Shown: positions 1 through 11,953, counted from the stretch's first letter. The stretch: DNA of 64,000 nt from Tubiluchus corallicola (GCA_030141605.1 JAQGDQ010000040.1:848721-912720); one strand, 5' to 3'. Program-made: numbers and translations. Notes: generated from the sequence alone by a model not told the origin.

Positions 1-261
1 TTGGTTGACAAATCGGCGGAGAAGATCGTTAAAACGGTAAAAACAACCGGTGCTTTAGTTAGTGGACCAATACCGCTCCCAACACATCGCCGTATTTTTA
101 CAGTGCTGCGATCTACATTTGTGAATAAAAAGTCGAGGGAGCAATTTGAGTTATCCTCGTATAAAAGATTGATTGATATATACAGTTCTACCGCAAAAAC
201 AATTGATGCGCTTATGAAGCTGGAGTTACCAAGCGGTGTTGAAGTGGAAATAAAAGTATGA
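1..261 (+). CDS. rpsJ: 30S ribosomal protein S10 (5' end outside window)
   Basis: GPIPLPT...KKSREQFE motif; first gene of S10 operon. Confidence 0.97.
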   Translation: MVDKSAEKIVKTVKTTGALVSGPIPLPTHRRIFTVLRSTFVNKKSREQFELSSYKRLIDIYSSTAKTIDALMKLELPSGVEVEIKV

Positions 262-285
262 TAACTGCTTAAAAACAAGTAGAAA

Positions 286-903
286 ATGCCAGGATTAATA
301 GGGAAAAAGGTTGGAATGACATCTGTGTTCAGTGCGGAAGGGAAAAATCTTCCATGTACTGTAATAGAAGCAGGACCATGCTCTGTTACACAGATAAAAA
401 CCGTTGCAAATGACGGCTATGATGCTATTCAACTTGGATACTTGGACAAGAAAGAGAAGCATAGCACAAAGGCTGATATAGGACACTTTAAAAAGGCAGG
501 CACAGCACCTAAGAGGAAACTTGTTGAGTTTGATGGTTTTGAGAGTGAGTTAAAACTTGGAGATCAGGTAACTGTTGATATTATAAAAGAAGATGCTTGG
601 GTTGATATATCGGGTGTTTCCAAGGGTAAAGGTTTTCAGGGTGTTGTTAAGCGTCACGGCTTTGGAGGGGTAGGACAGCAAACACATGGTCAGCATAACC
701 GCTTGCGTGCACCTGGTTCAATTGGTGCTGCGTCATATCCTGCACGTGTATTTAAAGGTATGAAAATGGCTGGACGGGATGGCGGGAAAAAGGTGAAGAT
801 GCAGAACTTGAGGGTTTTGAAAGTTATTCCTGAAAATAATCTTTTGATTGTTAAGGGGGCTGTGCCAGGAGCTACAGGGTCGTATTTAATTATAGAGAAG
901 TAA
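286..903 (+). CDS. rplC: 50S ribosomal protein L3
   Basis: [22 protein letters not shown] motifs; operon order. Confidence 0.98.
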   Translation: MPGLIGKKVGMTSVFSAEGKNLPCTVIEAGPCSVTQIKTVANDGYDAIQLGYLDKKEKHSTKADIGHFKKAGTAPKRKLVEFDGFESELKLGDQVTVDIIKEDAWVDISGVSKGKGFQGVVKRHGFGGVGQQTHGQHNRLRAPGSIGAASYPARVFKGMKMAGRDGGKKVKMQNLRVLKVIPENNLLIVKGAVPGATGSYLIIEK

Positions 904-1532
904 TGAAAATAGCAGTCTTAAATACTGAGGGAAAAGAGACAGGCAGAAGTGTAGAGCTAAACGATTCTATCTATGCTATCAGCCCCAATGATCACGCCAT
1001 CTATATGGATGTTCGGCAGTATATGGCAAACCAGCATCAGGGGACTCACAAAACAAAGGAGCGAAATGCTATTGTCGGCTCAACCCGTAAGATAAAACGT
1101 CAAAAAGGTACGGGAACTGCCCGCGCTGGTAGCATCAAGTCCCCTATATTCCGTGGAGGTGGGCGGATTTTTGGCCCTCGCCCGCGCAGTTACGGCTTTA
1201 AGTTGAACAAAAAACTGAAAGTGCTAGCACGTAAATCGGCTTTAACATATAAAGCGAAAGCTGGTAATATTATTGTAGTAGAAGACTTTTCGTTTGAGGC
1301 TCCAAAGACTAAAGAGTTTGCTGCCTTGCAAAATAGCTTAAACATTAGCGATAAAAAGTCGCTAATTGTTTTATCTGAAGTAAATAAATATATATATTTG
1401 TCATCCAGAAATTTACAGAGCGCGAAAGTAGAAACGGCCTTAAATTTAAACACTTATGACATAATGCGAGCCAAGAAATTGGTTTTGGCAGAGAGTGCCG
1501 TGGGTAAAATGGATGAAATGTTTAAGGTATAA
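903..1532 (+). CDS. rplD: 50S ribosomal protein L4
   Basis: RQKGTGTARAGS, GGGRIFGPRP. Confidence 0.98.
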   Translation: MKIAVLNTEGKETGRSVELNDSIYAISPNDHAIYMDVRQYMANQHQGTHKTKERNAIVGSTRKIKRQKGTGTARAGSIKSPIFRGGGRIFGPRPRSYGFKLNKKLKVLARKSALTYKAKAGNIIVVEDFSFEAPKTKEFAALQNSLNISDKKSLIVLSEVNKYIYLSSRNLQSAKVETALNLNTYDIMRAKKLVLAESAVGKMDEMFKV

Positions 1533-1543
1533 CTTTAGAGAAG

Positions 1544-1837
1544 ATGATTAAAATCCTGATTCGCCCTATGGTGACAGAAAAAACAACGAACCAGGCAGAA
1601 ACGCTTAATCGTTATAGTTTTATTGTTGATCGCAGGGCAGACAAAATACAAATTAAGAAGGCTGTAGAAGAGCTTTACGACGTCAGGGTTGATTCTGTCA
1701 ATACAATGATCTGTGGGGGTAAAGCCAAGTCTCGCTTTACAAAGGGTGGTGTTTTGACAGGACGCACAAACTCGTATAAGAAGGCAGTTGTTACGCTAGT
1801 TGATGGCGATAGTATAGATTTTTTCAGCAATATCTGA
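1544..1837 (+). CDS. rplW: 50S ribosomal protein L23
   Basis: PMVTEK...YKKAVVTL. Confidence 0.97.
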   Translation: MIKILIRPMVTEKTTNQAETLNRYSFIVDRRADKIQIKKAVEELYDVRVDSVNTMICGGKAKSRFTKGGVLTGRTNSYKKAVVTLVDGDSIDFFSNI

Positions 1838-1844
1838 TAAAGAG

Positions 1845-2669
1845 ATGGCAGTTAGAAAATTAAAACCGGTAACACCTGGGCAGAGGCATAAGATAGTAGG
1901 TGCTTTTGACACTATTACTACGGACAAGCCCGAAAAGTCATTGTTGAGGCCTATAAAGAAAACCGGTGGGAGAAACAATACCGGTAGAATGACAATGAGG
2001 TATATTGGAGGTGGTCACAAGAGGAGGTACCGCGTTATTGACTTTAAAAGAGATAAAGACGGAATTCCTGCAAAGGTGCACTCTATTCAGTATGATCCTA
2101 ATCGCACATCACGTATTGCGCTGCTGGTATATGCTGATGGTGAAAAGCGTTATATTCTTTCACCTAATGGGCTTCAGGTAGGGCAGACGGTTGTGTCTGG
2201 AGTAGATGTTCCACCTGAGATTGGGAACTCTCTTCCTTTGGGTAAAATACCATTGGGTAGTATCATACACAATATTGAGCTGCATCCGGGCAGAGGTGGC
2301 ATTATGGCGCGTTCGGCGGGAACTTATGCTCAATTAATATCGCGTGAAGGGCGATATGCGACTGTCAAGCTTCCTTCAGGGGAAACTCGTATGATACTTG
2401 TCGTATGTCGTGCAACTGTTGGTACTATTGGTAACACAGACCACGCATTAGAAAGATCAGGAAAAGCTGGGCGAAGCCGTTGGTTTGGACGTAGACCCCG
2501 CGTACGGGGAGTTGCAATGAATCCGGTTGACCATCCGATGGGTGGAGGTGAAGGGCGTGCTTCGGGGGGACATCCTCGTTCGCGTAAAGGGGTGCTTGCA
2601 AAAGGTTATAAAACCCGTTCAAAGAAGAAGGCTTCAAACAAATATATTGTTGAACGTAGGAAAAAATGA
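1845..2669 (+). CDS. rplB: 50S ribosomal protein L2
   Basis: [24 protein letters not shown]. Confidence 0.99.
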   Translation: MAVRKLKPVTPGQRHKIVGAFDTITTDKPEKSLLRPIKKTGGRNNTGRMTMRYIGGGHKRRYRVIDFKRDKDGIPAKVHSIQYDPNRTSRIALLVYADGEKRYILSPNGLQVGQTVVSGVDVPPEIGNSLPLGKIPLGSIIHNIELHPGRGGIMARSAGTYAQLISREGRYATVKLPSGETRMILVVCRATVGTIGNTDHALERSGKAGRSRWFGRRPRVRGVAMNPVDHPMGGGEGRASGGHPRSRKGVLAKGYKTRSKKKASNKYIVERRKK

Positions 2670-2677
2670 TATAAGAT

Positions 2678-2944
2678 ATGAGCCGTTCATTAAAAAAAGG
2701 GCCCTTTATAGATTTTAAGTTGGAAAAGAAAGTGCTGGCTATGAATGAGTCGGGGAAGAAATCTGTGGTGACAACTTGGGCAAGGCATTCAATGATTTCT
2801 CCGGATTTTGTAGGACACACTATTGCCGTTCATAATGGAAATAAATTTATCCCTGTATATATTACAGAAAATATGGTAGGGCATAAACTTGGTGAGTTTG
2901 CTCCAACACGTACCTTTAGAGGACATGGAGGTAAGAAAAAGTAG
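2678..2944 (+). CDS. rpsS: 30S ribosomal protein S19
   Basis: [21 protein letters not shown]. Confidence 0.99.
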   Translation: MSRSLKKGPFIDFKLEKKVLAMNESGKKSVVTTWARHSMISPDFVGHTIAVHNGNKFIPVYITENMVGHKLGEFAPTRTFRGHGGKKK

Positions 2945-2981
2945 TTTCGCACCCAACAAATAATGTAGAAAAAGTATCAGG

Positions 2982-3440
2982 ATGGAAAGTACTGAAATAT
3001 TAGATAAGCTGACAAGAAAGAAGGCAAAGGAAAAAAGGAGAGAGGAGGACAAAGAAGCGAAGAAGCAGCAATGCCAAGCTGTTTTGCGAAATTGCCCTAC
3101 TTCGCCACGAAAAATGCGTCTCGTTGCTGATATGGTGCGAGGGATGGAGGTAAACCGTGCATTGGATGTGTTAAAGTTTTCGCCCAAGGAAGCCTCTTTG
3201 AGGCTGGAAAAGCTACTTCTTTCTGCGATTGCCAACTGGCAAAATAAAAATGAAGGAGTAAAATTAGAGGATAATGAGCTATATATAAGCGAAATATTTG
3301 TGGATTCGGCAAGGATGTTGAAGCGTCTCCGCCCTGCTCCTCAGGGGCGAGCTCATAGAATAAGAAAACGCTCAAACCATGTTACGATTAAGTTGTCAAC
3401 AATGAGTAGTAAAGAAAATATTAAAAAAACGCCTAAATAG
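2982..3440 (+). CDS. rplV: 50S ribosomal protein L22 with charged N-terminal extension
   Basis: [27 protein letters not shown]. Confidence 0.97.
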   Translation: MESTEILDKLTRKKAKEKRREEDKEAKKQQCQAVLRNCPTSPRKMRLVADMVRGMEVNRALDVLKFSPKEASLRLEKLLLSAIANWQNKNEGVKLEDNELYISEIFVDSARMLKRLRPAPQGRAHRIRKRSNHVTIKLSTMSSKENIKKTPK

Positions 3441-3446
3441 TATTGA

Positions 3447-4172
3447 ATGGGACAAAAAGTAAATCCTATATCTAATAGACTAGGAATAATACGTGGATGG
3501 GACTCTAACTGGTTTGGAGGTAGCGACTACGGTGATAAACTAGTCGAAGATCAGAAAATAAGGGAGTATTTGACTGCTCGTTTGGTAAAGGCTCATATTT
3601 CAAAAATAATAATAGAGCGTACACTGAAACTTATTACAATAACGATTCATACTTCACGCCCTGGTATTATTATTGGCAGGGGGGGACAGGAGGTTGATAA
3701 GCTTAAAGAGGAGCTTAAGAAGATCACATCCAAAGAGGTTCAGATAAATATATTTGAAATTAAAAGTCCCGAATTGGATGCTCGTATTGTAGCTAATAAT
3801 ATAGCGCGCCAGATTGAGGGCAAAATTGCCTACAGGCGAGCAGTGAAAATGACCATTGCATCTACAATGAGAATGGGTGCAGAAGGTATTAAGGTACAGG
3901 TGTCTGGTCGTTTGAATGGTGCAGAAATGGCTCGTTCAGAGATGTATAAGGATGGCCGTACTCCGCTGCATACCTTGAGGGCGAATATTGATTATGCCCT
4001 GGCAGAGGCATTAACAAAGACAGGCCTTATAGGAGTGAAGGTGTGGATATGTAAAGGTGAGATATATGGGAAGCGGGACTTGTCACCTAATATAGGGCAG
4101 CAGCAGCGTAGCGGTGGTGCTCGTGGAGGTGCACAGGGTAAGGGAGGAAAATTTAAAAGCCATAGAGGATAA
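3447..4172 (+). CDS. rpsC: 30S ribosomal protein S3
   Basis: [20 protein letters not shown]. Confidence 0.99.
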   Translation: MGQKVNPISNRLGIIRGWDSNWFGGSDYGDKLVEDQKIREYLTARLVKAHISKIIIERTLKLITITIHTSRPGIIIGRGGQEVDKLKEELKKITSKEVQINIFEIKSPELDARIVANNIARQIEGKIAYRRAVKMTIASTMRMGAEGIKVQVSGRLNGAEMARSEMYKDGRTPLHTLRANIDYALAEALTKTGLIGVKVWICKGEIYGKRDLSPNIGQQQRSGGARGGAQGKGGKFKSHRG

Positions 4173-4207
4173 TCGTAACCCAATAAAATAAGCAAAGTTT
4201 TTTAGGG

Positions 4208-4639
4208 ATGTTACAACCAAAAAAAGTAAAATTTAGAAGAGTACAAAAGGGAAGGATGAAGGGGAATGCACAAAGAGGCAATCAAATATCGTTCGGTACT
4301 TTTGGAATAAAGTCTTTGCAGCAAGCATGGCTTACTGGCCGTCAAATAGAAGCAGCAAGGGTTGCAGTTACCCGCCATATGAAACGTCGAGGGCAGATTT
4401 GGATACGTGTTTTTCCTGATAAGCCAATAACTAAAAAACCTGCAGAGGTGCGTATGGGTAAGGGTAAAGGCGCGCCGGAAGCTTTTGTCGCTCCGGTAAC
4501 TCCGGGACGTATTCTCATTGAGGTAGAAGGTGTACCGCTTGATCTTGCTAAAGAAGCATTGAGGCTGGCTGCCCAAAAATTGCCTGTCACAACGAAATTT
4601 GTTGTAAGGCGTGATTATGAGGAATCATTATATAATTAG
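4208..4639 (+). CDS. rplP: 50S ribosomal protein L16
   Basis: [17 protein letters not shown]. Confidence 0.99.
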   Translation: MLQPKKVKFRRVQKGRMKGNAQRGNQISFGTFGIKSLQQAWLTGRQIEAARVAVTRHMKRRGQIWIRVFPDKPITKKPAEVRMGKGKGAPEAFVAPVTPGRILIEVEGVPLDLAKEALRLAAQKLPVTTKFVVRRDYEESLYN

Positions 4640-4664
4640 AGAATAAACTAATATATGTTAGCAG

Positions 4665-4868
4665 ATGAAGAATTCTGAGATCAGGGAGTTAACAAGTGCT
4701 GAGATTGCAGAGAAGATCGAAAACAAGACAGAAGAGTTGGTTCGGGTGAAAATGAATCATAGTGTGAGTCCACTTGAGAACCCATTAACGATTCGTTATG
4801 CCAGGAGAGATATTGCTAGATTGAAAACAGAATTAAGTAAACGTCAACTAGCAGATAAAAAACAATGA
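4665..4868 (+). CDS. rpmC: 50S ribosomal protein L29
   Basis: [15 protein letters not shown]; position. Confidence 0.96.
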   Translation: MKNSEIRELTSAEIAEKIENKTEELVRVKMNHSVSPLENPLTIRYARRDIARLKTELSKRQLADKKQ

Positions 4869-5128
4869 CAATGGTAAAAAGAAATCTTCGCAAAGAGCGT
4901 ATTGGCGTTATTGTCAGTAATAAAATGGATAAAACTATTGTTGTGGCAGAAAAGCGCAAGGTTAAACATCCTATATATGGGAAGTTTGTAAATAAAACAT
5001 CCAAGTTTTATGCCCACGATGAAGTAAACACCTGTAATATAGGTGATACTGTGAGAATTATGGAAACCCGCCCTCTCTCAAAAAAGAAAGTGTGGAGATT
5101 AGTTGAAATATTAGAAAGAGCTAAGTAG
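4865..5128 (+). CDS. rpsQ: 30S ribosomal protein S17
   Basis: [19 protein letters not shown]. Confidence 0.98.
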   Translation: MTMVKRNLRKERIGVIVSNKMDKTIVVAEKRKVKHPIYGKFVNKTSKFYAHDEVNTCNIGDTVRIMETRPLSKKKVWRLVEILERAK

Positions 5129-5130
5129 TT

Positions 5131-5496
5131 ATGGTACAACAAGAATCTCGTTGTATAGTTGCCGACAATAGCGGCGCAAAGGAGGCCTTGGTAATCCGTG
5201 TTTTGGGAGGGACAAGAAAAAGGTACGCAACAGTTGGAGACACTGTAGTGGTAACTGTGAAGAGTGCTATACCAAGCAGTGAACTTAAAAAGGGAACCGT
5301 ATCGAAGGCGGTTGTTGTTCGCACACGCAAGGAAATACGCCGGAATGACGGCTCGTATATTCGTTTTGACGATAATGCAATTGTGCTACTGAACGCAACT
5401 GATGAAATGCGTGGAACGCGTATATTTGGTCCTGTTGCGCGTGAGCTTCGTGAGGGCTATATGAAGATTGTTTCACTGGCACCTGAAGTGTTATAA
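5131..5496 (+). CDS. rplN: 50S ribosomal protein L14
   Basis: [21 protein letters not shown]. Confidence 0.99.
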   Translation: MVQQESRCIVADNSGAKEALVIRVLGGTRKRYATVGDTVVVTVKSAIPSSELKKGTVSKAVVVRTRKEIRRNDGSYIRFDDNAIVLLNATDEMRGTRIFGPVARELREGYMKIVSLAPEVL

Positions 5497-5515
5497 ATAT
5501 AGATATTGAGGAACA

Positions 5516-5839
5516 ATGCGAAAAAAGCTACATATTAAAAAAGGAGATACCGTTACCGTTATATCTGGTAATTCTAGGGGGCAGAAAGGAAGGATACTGG
5601 AGGTTATTCGTAAGACCAATCGCGCCATAGTAGAAGGTGTTAATATGGTTTCTAAACATTCCAAACCTACCTCTGAAAATCCCCAGGGAGGGATTCTTAA
5701 GCAGGAAGCTGCTATACATATTTCTAATTTAATGCTGGTAGATCCTGCCAGTGGTAATCCGGTTCGCACCGGCCGCCGTTTAAATGACGCCGGAAGGTTG
5801 GTGCGCTACTCAAAAAAGTCAGGAGAGGAGATTAAGTGA
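5516..5839 (+). CDS. rplX: 50S ribosomal protein L24
   Basis: [14 protein letters not shown] motif, EAAIHISN. Confidence 0.98.
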   Translation: MRKKLHIKKGDTVTVISGNSRGQKGRILEVIRKTNRAIVEGVNMVSKHSKPTSENPQGGILKQEAAIHISNLMLVDPASGNPVRTGRRLNDAGRLVRYSKKSGEEIK

Positions 5840-6396
5840 TGAAATACGAGCCTACGTTACATAAAAAGTACAAAGAGGAGGTAACTCCCGCGTTACAAAA
5901 AAAGTTTGGATATAAATCTATTATGCAGGTGCCAAGGCTTGAAAAGATTATTATTAATCAGGGTGTTGGCGCAGCGGTTGCTGATAGAAAGCTCATAGAT
6001 GTTGCTGTGGAGGAGCTGTCATCTATTTCAGGACAAAGAGCTGTTTCCACTGTTTCATCTAAGGATATATCTAACTTTAAGCTTAGAAAGAATATGCCTA
6101 TTGGCGTTAGGGTAACATTACGCAGGGATAGGATGTATGAATTTTTGAATCGTTTGATCTGTGTTGCTCTTCCAAGAATTAGAGATTTTAAAGGGGTAAC
6201 AAGTAAATTGGATGGTGGAGGAAATTATACGCTCGGTGTTACCGAACAAATTATTTTTCCTGAGATTGTTATTGATAAGGTGAGTCGCCTGAATGGGTAT
6301 AATATAACGTTTGTTACATCGGCAAAGACAGATGAGGAGGGCTTTGCTCTGCTGGAGCAGTTCGGTATGCCATTTAAAGGCGCTAAAAAGAATTAG
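5839..6396 (+). CDS. rplE: 50S ribosomal protein L5
   Basis: [16 protein letters not shown]; ATG at 5839 (GTG alternative at 5836). Confidence 0.98.
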   Translation: MKYEPTLHKKYKEEVTPALQKKFGYKSIMQVPRLEKIIINQGVGAAVADRKLIDVAVEELSSISGQRAVSTVSSKDISNFKLRKNMPIGVRVTLRRDRMYEFLNRLICVALPRIRDFKGVTSKLDGGGNYTLGVTEQIIFPEIVIDKVSRLNGYNITFVTSAKTDEEGFALLEQFGMPFKGAKKN

Positions 6397-6398
6397 AT

Positions 6399-6668
6399 AT
6401 GGCTAAAGAATCAATGAAAGCCCGGGAGGTAAAAAGGGCTAAGCTTGTTGAAAAATATGCAGCTAAACGTGCAAAACTTAAGGAGGAGGGTGATTATGTA
6501 GGACTTAGCAAGCTGCCACGTAACTCATCGCGTGTTCGTTTACACAATCGGTGTAAAATTACAGGGCGCCCAAAGGGGTACATGCGTCAGTTCGGTATTT
6601 CCAGAATTCAATTTCGTGAGATGGCTTCTAACGGGTTGATTCCGGGGGTGAAAAAAGCTAGTTGGTAA
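6399..6668 (+). CDS. rpsN: 30S ribosomal protein S14 (89-aa type without zinc ribbon)
   Basis: [10 protein letters not shown]...GVKKASW; single Cys. Confidence 0.98.
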   Translation: MAKESMKAREVKRAKLVEKYAAKRAKLKEEGDYVGLSKLPRNSSRVRLHNRCKITGRPKGYMRQFGISRIQFREMASNGLIPGVKKASW

Positions 6669-6692
6669 ATTAAATTAATTTAATATAAGAGA

Positions 6693-7088
6693 ATGGACAC
6701 TATCGCGGATTATCTTACCTGTATAAGGAATGCTATTATGGCAAAGCATAAAGTTGTGGAAGTTCCCGCATCCAACCTTAAAAAGGAGATAACAAAGATA
6801 CTTAAAGAGAAGGGGTATATACTCAACTATAAGATAGATAAGGAAAAGAATTATCAGGGAAGCATAAAGATTGCTCTTAAGTATCACCCTGAAGATGGTA
6901 CGCCTGCAATAAAGGCATTAAAGCGTATTTCTAAACCGGGATTGCGCCATTACTGTGATATGAATACCATTCCCCGTGTGCTTAATGGATTGGGGATTGC
7001 TATTATTTCAACATCTAAAGGAGTTATTACGGACAAAGAAGCCAAAGGTTTGAACGTTGGTGGAGAGGTTTTATGTTATGTCTACTAA
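6693..7088 (+). CDS. rpsH: 30S ribosomal protein S8
   Basis: [25 protein letters not shown]. Confidence 0.98.
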   Translation: MDTIADYLTCIRNAIMAKHKVVEVPASNLKKEITKILKEKGYILNYKIDKEKNYQGSIKIALKYHPEDGTPAIKALKRISKPGLRHYCDMNTIPRVLNGLGIAIISTSKGVITDKEAKGLNVGGEVLCYVY

Positions 7089-7107
7089 TGTCAGGAGGAA
7101 TTAAACA

Positions 7108-7662
7108 ATGTCAAGAATAGGTAAACAACCCATTGAAATACCAGCAGGATCGACAGTGAGCGTAAATAGCGAAAATGTTGTTACTGTAAAAGGTCCGAAA
7201 GGCGAGCTTTCTCAGAAAGTAACTTCCGAGTATAAGATATTGATTGAAGATACCCGGGTAGTGGTTACCAGGCCTACTGATCAAAAGCAACATCGTGCTA
7301 TGCACGGATTATATCGTTCGCTCATAAATAATATGGTTGAGGGTGTATCAAAGGGCTTTGAGTTAGAGCTTGAATTGGTAGGTATAGGTTATCGTGCCGA
7401 GTTAAAGGGACAGTTGCTTGATTTGACATTGGGCTATTCTCACCGTATCTACTTTCAGATACCCCCAGAGGTAAAGGTGGAGGCAGTTACCGACAAAAGG
7501 AATAACCCAGTTATTACGTTAAAAAGTGTAGATAAGCAATTGCTTGGTCAGGTAGCAGCGAAGATAAGGTCGCTCCGTAAGCCGGAGCCGTATAAAGGTA
7601 AAGGCATCAGATTTGTTGGCGAGCAGCTTCGTCATAAAGCTGGTAAGTCGGCTAGTGTTTAA
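7108..7662 (+). CDS. rplF: 50S ribosomal protein L6
   Basis: MSRIGKQP, RKPEPYKGKG. Confidence 0.99.
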   Translation: MSRIGKQPIEIPAGSTVSVNSENVVTVKGPKGELSQKVTSEYKILIEDTRVVVTRPTDQKQHRAMHGLYRSLINNMVEGVSKGFELELELVGIGYRAELKGQLLDLTLGYSHRIYFQIPPEVKVEAVTDKRNNPVITLKSVDKQLLGQVAAKIRSLRKPEPYKGKGIRFVGEQLRHKAGKSASV

Positions 7663-7683
7663 TTAAGTGAATTATTTTGAATT

Positions 7684-8040
7684 ATGGCTCTTACAAAGCA
7701 AAAAAGAAGGGACAGAATAAGGAAAAGAATTAGAAAGGTGGTATCCGGCTCTTCAGAAATACCCCGCATGAGTGTATTTCGAAGCAATAAGCAGATATAT
7801 ATTCAGATGGTTGATGATATTGCCGGGAAAACTCTGTTGACTGCTTCTTCGTTAAATAAAGAGATTGTTGCTCAGTCTGGCAATAAGATAGAGAAAGCCG
7901 CCATGGTGGGTAAATTAGCCGCAGAGAAGGCGAGTGCTGCAGGAATTAAAAAAGTGAAATTTGACAGAGGCGGATATCTGTATCATGGGAGAGTGAAAGC
8001 AGTTGCTGATGCAGCGCGTGAAGGGGGGCTTAAATTCTAA
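7684..8040 (+). CDS. rplR: 50S ribosomal protein L18
   Basis: [14 protein letters not shown]. Confidence 0.99.
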   Translation: MALTKQKRRDRIRKRIRKVVSGSSEIPRMSVFRSNKQIYIQMVDDIAGKTLLTASSLNKEIVAQSGNKIEKAAMVGKLAAEKASAAGIKKVKFDRGGYLYHGRVKAVADAAREGGLKF

Positions 8041-8047
8041 ATAAGTT

Positions 8048-8563
8048 ATGGCAAAAAACGTCAAAAAGGTAAAAACTACTGATCTTGATCTTAAAGACAG
8101 GTTAGTAGCAATTAATCGTGTTACCAAGGTTACTAAGGGTGGCCGTACATTCAGCTTTTCAGCTATTGTTGTTGTTGGGAATGAGGATGGAGTAGTAGGC
8201 TGGGGTCTTGGCAAAGCCAATGAGGTTTCATCAGCCATTGCGAAAGGGATTGACACAGCAAAGAAGAATCTTGTACGGGTTCCTGTTATAAATGGCACTG
8301 TTCCTCATGAACAGAGTGCTAGATATGGTGGAGCACGTATCTTTCTAAAGCCAGCTTCTTCTGGTACAGGGGTAAAAGCTGGAGGAGCGATGCGTGCAGT
8401 GTTGGATAGTGCGGGGGTGCATGACATACTTGCAAAATCAAAAGGTTCATCAAACCCACACAACTTAGTGAAAGCTACTTTTGAGGCGCTGCTCGAAATG
8501 AGGGATGCGCGTATGGTGGCAGAGCACCGCGGTGTTACCCTGGACAAAGTGTATAATGGTTAA
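8048..8563 (+). CDS. rpsE: 30S ribosomal protein S5
   Basis: [24 protein letters not shown]. Confidence 0.99.
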   Translation: MAKNVKKVKTTDLDLKDRLVAINRVTKVTKGGRTFSFSAIVVVGNEDGVVGWGLGKANEVSSAIAKGIDTAKKNLVRVPVINGTVPHEQSARYGGARIFLKPASSGTGVKAGGAMRAVLDSAGVHDILAKSKGSSNPHNLVKATFEALLEMRDARMVAEHRGVTLDKVYNG

Positions 8564-8578
8564 ATGCTAAATATTGTA

Positions 8579-8758
8579 ATGGCAAAAATTCGTATTACTC
8601 AGATAAAAAGCAGGATTGGCTCTTCAAAAACTCAAAAGAGGACACTGGATGCACTTGGACTACGAAAGTTGAATCGTGCTATAGAGCATAAGTCAACTCC
8701 TCAAATCAAAGGAATGGTAGCTAAGGTAGGACATTTGCTAAAAGTAGAGGAGGTCTAG
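8579..8758 (+). CDS. rpmD: 50S ribosomal protein L30
   Basis: MAKIRITQIKSRIG...TLDALGL; start set at second ATG. Confidence 0.95.
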   Translation: MAKIRITQIKSRIGSSKTQKRTLDALGLRKLNRAIEHKSTPQIKGMVAKVGHLLKVEEV

Positions 8759-8789
8759 CGTCCATACGTGGTTTTTTATAAAAATATAC

Positions 8790-8820
8790 TTGGTAGAGTG
8801 TGAGTTATGGCATACTTTTG
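8790..8820 (+). promoter_or_regulatory. Putative Bacteroidota sigma-A promoter upstream of rplO
   Basis: TTG (8790-8792), 20-nt spacer, TACTTTTG (8813-8820), matching the TTG/TAnnTTTG consensus, in a 116-bp gap. Confidence 0.55.
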
Positions 8821-8874
8821 CCGGGTGAAAAGTTTGGGTTATAAATATAAGTTGGATAAAGTTATTTTTTAGAT

Positions 8875-9324
8875 ATGGAATTGCATAATTTAAAGCCTGC
8901 AGAAGGTTCTGTTAGAAAGAAGAAGCGGATAGGGAGGGGACAAGGTTCAGGACGTGGTGGCACTTCCACACGTGGGCATAAAGGAGCAAAGTCACGTTCT
9001 GGCTACAAGCGTAAAACAGGCTTTCAGGGGGGACAAATGCCACTACACCGCCTTGTGCCAAAATTTGGTTTTAAAAACATCAATAGGGTAGAGTACAGGG
9101 GTGTGAACCTGGGTACATTACAAAAGCTTGTTGAAAAGAAAGGGTTGAGTACTATTGATTTGCAGACTATTGTTGAGGCGAGGCTTGCTGTGAAAAAAGC
9201 GAAGGTTAAGATTTTAGGAGGAGGGGAGTTAAAAGCAAAGAAGTTGGTTGTTAAGGCTCATGCTTTTTCAAAAAGTGCAAAAGAGGCAATTGAAAAGTTA
9301 GAAGGAACGGTTGAAGTGCTTTGA
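8875..9324 (+). CDS. rplO: 50S ribosomal protein L15
   Basis: GRGQGSGRGGTSTRGHKG, GGQMPL. Confidence 0.99.
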   Translation: MELHNLKPAEGSVRKKKRIGRGQGSGRGGTSTRGHKGAKSRSGYKRKTGFQGGQMPLHRLVPKFGFKNINRVEYRGVNLGTLQKLVEKKGLSTIDLQTIVEARLAVKKAKVKILGGGELKAKKLVVKAHAFSKSAKEAIEKLEGTVEVL

Positions 9325-9374
9325 GGTATGGGTTTACAGCAGAAGTATTTTTAAAATAGAACACTATATAACTA

Positions 9375-10724
9375 ATGAAGAAATTAGTAGAGACCCTAAG
9401 AAACATATATAAGATTGAGGATCTGAGAGAGCGTTTAACTGTGACTTTTTTGCTCCTGTTGGTCTATAGGCTTGGCACATTTGTTTCATTGCCTGGGATA
9501 GATCCTGCTCAGTTGGGGGCACTTAAAGAGCAAACCTCAGAAGGAATATTGGGGCTTTTGAATACATTTTCGGGAGGGGCTTTCTCTCAAGCTTCAATTT
9601 TTGCTTTAGGTATTATGCCTTACATTAGCGCTTCGATTGTGATTCAGCTTATGGGTATTGCTGTACCTTATTTCCAGAAGCTACAAAAAGAGGGGGAGTC
9701 GGGAAGAAAGAAGATGAATCAAATCACAAGGTTTCTGACTTTAGGTATTTTGCTGTTTCAGGGGCCGGCTTATTTGGCAAACCTAAATGCGCAACTTCCT
9801 GAAACCGCTTTTGCTATCAAGGGTGCTGCTTTTTCTGTAACATCAACGATAATACTTGCAGCGGGCTCTATGTTTATCATGTGGCTTGGCGAAAGAATAA
9901 CGGATAATGGTATAGGCAATGGAATATCATTGATAATAATGATTGGAATTATTTCCAACTTCCCCTATGCAGTATTTGCGGAGTTTGTTAGCAGGGTTGA
10001 AGAGCAGGGTGGAGGAATGGTGATGTTTTTACTTGAATTTGTTTTACTTTTTGTAGTCTTTATGATTACTATTCTGTTGGTGCAGGGTACAAGAAGAATA
10101 CCGGTACAGTATGCCAAGAGAATTGTGGGAAATCGCCAATATGGAGGAGTACGTCAATATATACCGTTAAAGGTTAACGCTGCGGGAGTTATGCCTATTA
10201 TCTTTGCGCAAGCTATTATGTTTGTCCCAATAAGTTTGGCAGGCTTCTCAGGTTCTGATTCTGCAGTTATGGGACGATTTGTTGCAGCATTTTCAAACTT
10301 TACCGGTTTTTGGTATAACTTTACCATGTTTACACTGGTGATACTGTTTACATACTTCTATACGGCCATTACGATCAATCCCATACAGATGGCAGATGAT
10401 ATGAAGAAAAATGGAGGCTTTATTCCAGGGGTTAAGCCCGGAAAGAAAACGATGGAATATCTTGACTCTGTCATGTCAAGAATCACCTTTCCAGGATCTA
10501 TTTTTCTCGGTATCGTAACGATATTACCGGCGTTTGCAATGATAATAGGTGTTAACTATCAATTTGCAAACTTTTTTGGAGGTACCTCGCTACTGATCCT
10601 GGTGGGAGTTGTACTGGACACGTTACAACAGATTGAGAGTCATTTGCTAATGAGGCACTATGATGGTTTAACAAAAACGGGAAGAATAAAAGGCCGAGCA
10701 GGAGGAGGAGCGGCTGCAATATAA
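9375..10724 (+). CDS. secY: Preprotein translocase SecY
   Basis: SIFALGIMPYISASI, GIGNGISLII, FIPGVKPG. Confidence 0.99.
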   Translation: MKKLVETLRNIYKIEDLRERLTVTFLLLLVYRLGTFVSLPGIDPAQLGALKEQTSEGILGLLNTFSGGAFSQASIFALGIMPYISASIVIQLMGIAVPYFQKLQKEGESGRKKMNQITRFLTLGILLFQGPAYLANLNAQLPETAFAIKGAAFSVTSTIILAAGSMFIMWLGERITDNGIGNGISLIIMIGIISNFPYAVFAEFVSRVEEQGGGMVMFLLEFVLLFVVFMITILLVQGTRRIPVQYAKRIVGNRQYGGVRQYIPLKVNAAGVMPIIFAQAIMFVPISLAGFSGSDSAVMGRFVAAFSNFTGFWYNFTMFTLVILFTYFYTAITINPIQMADDMKKNGGFIPGVKPGKKTMEYLDSVMSRITFPGSIFLGIVTILPAFAMIIGVNYQFANFFGGTSLLILVGVVLDTLQQIESHLLMRHYDGLTKTGRIKGRAGGGAAAI

Positions 10725-10753
10725 TTTTTTAAATAATAAGTTAAAGATATTTT

Positions 10754-10975
10754 ATGGCAAAGCAGCCTTCAATAGAGCAAGATGGAGTGATTGTGGAAGC
10801 ACTGTCAAATGCAATGTTTCGCGTGGAGTTGCAGAATGGGCATATAATCACAGCCCATATATCCGGGAAAATGCGTTTGCATTATATCAGGATTCTTCCT
10901 GGTGATAAGGTGAAGGTTGAGATGTCTCCATACGATCTTTCTAAAGGCAGAATTACTTTTAGGTATAAAAATTAA
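10754..10975 (+). CDS. infA: Translation initiation factor IF-1
   Basis: [16 protein letters not shown]. Confidence 0.99.
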   Translation: MAKQPSIEQDGVIVEALSNAMFRVELQNGHIITAHISGKMRLHYIRILPGDKVKVEMSPYDLSKGRITFRYKN

Positions 10976-10990
10976 AAAGGGATAAATAAG

Positions 10991-11107
10991 ATGAAGGTAA
11001 GAGTGTCTATAAAAAAGCGTAGCGCAGACTGTAAAATAGTAAGGCGTAAAGGGCGCCTCTACGTTATCAATAAAAAGAATCCGAGGCTTAAGCAACGCCA
11101 GGGATAG
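10991..11107 (+). CDS. rpmJ: 50S ribosomal protein L36, type B (no zinc ribbon); not in ORF track
   Basis: Translated by hand: [38 protein letters not shown]. Confidence 0.97.
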   Translation: MKVRVSIKKRSADCKIVRRKGRLYVINKKNPRLKQRQG

Positions 11108-11146
11108 AGTTTTTAGTGTAAAATATTACATAACTAGTTAAAGAAT

Positions 11147-11524
11147 ATGGCTCGTATAGTTGGAGTAGACATACCGGATAATAAAAGAGGTGAAATAGCC
11201 CTGACATATATTTACGGCGTTGGCCGTAGTCGTGCTCAGGAAATACTTGAAACTGCCGGCGTTGATAAAGACGTTAAAGTAAAAGAGTGGACCGATGACC
11301 AGTTCAACGCTGTACGTACGCAAATCAGTGATAATTATAAGATTGAAGGTGAATTGCGTTCTGAGGTACAACTAAACATTAAGCGTCTTATGGATATTGG
11401 GTGCTATCGTGGCATTCGTCACCGTATAGGCCTCCCTGTTCGCGGACAGAGTACAAAAAATAATGCCAGAACACGTAAAGGCAAAAGAAAAACAGTTGCT
11501 AATAAAAAGAAGGCTACGAAATAA
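11147..11524 (+). CDS. rpsM: 30S ribosomal protein S13
   Basis: [26 protein letters not shown]. Confidence 0.99.
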   Translation: MARIVGVDIPDNKRGEIALTYIYGVGRSRAQEILETAGVDKDVKVKEWTDDQFNAVRTQISDNYKIEGELRSEVQLNIKRLMDIGCYRGIRHRIGLPVRGQSTKNNARTRKGKRKTVANKKKATK

Positions 11525-11535
11525 GGTTAAGTAGA

Positions 11536-11925
11536 ATGGCAAAGAAGTCTAGAAGTTCGAAAAAAAGATTTGTGAAAGTTGAGGCAGTGGGGCAAGCGCA
11601 TATACACTCCTCCTTCAACAACATTATTATATCGTTGACCAATAATAATGGAGAGGTTATTTCCTGGTCGTCAGCGGGCAAAAAAGGGTTTAGAGGTTCT
11701 AAAAAGAACACCCCTTATGCAGCACAAATGGCGGCAGAGGATTGTGCTAAGCCTGCGTACGATCTTGGCTTGCGTAAGGTTAAGGTTTATGTAAAAGGAC
11801 CCGGAAACGGCCGAGAATCGGCAATTCGTGCCATTTCTGGTACTGGTATCCAGGTTTCTGAAATTATTGATGTGACACCACTCCCGCACAACGGGTGTCG
11901 TCCGCCAAAGCGTCGCCGCGTCTAA
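11536..11925 (+). CDS. rpsK: 30S ribosomal protein S11
   Basis: [18 protein letters not shown]. Confidence 0.99.
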   Translation: MAKKSRSSKKRFVKVEAVGQAHIHSSFNNIIISLTNNNGEVISWSSAGKKGFRGSKKNTPYAAQMAAEDCAKPAYDLGLRKVKVYVKGPGNGRESAIRAISGTGIQVSEIIDVTPLPHNGCRPPKRRRV

Positions 11926-11953
11926 TCTGTGTGAATATTTATAATAAGAGAAA

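Noticed and set aside
2982-3070. N-terminal extension of L22
   Set aside because: Charged N-terminal extensions are usual in Bacteroidota L22
10725-10753. No map gene between secY and infA
   Set aside because: Varies among Bacteroidota lineages; not remarkable
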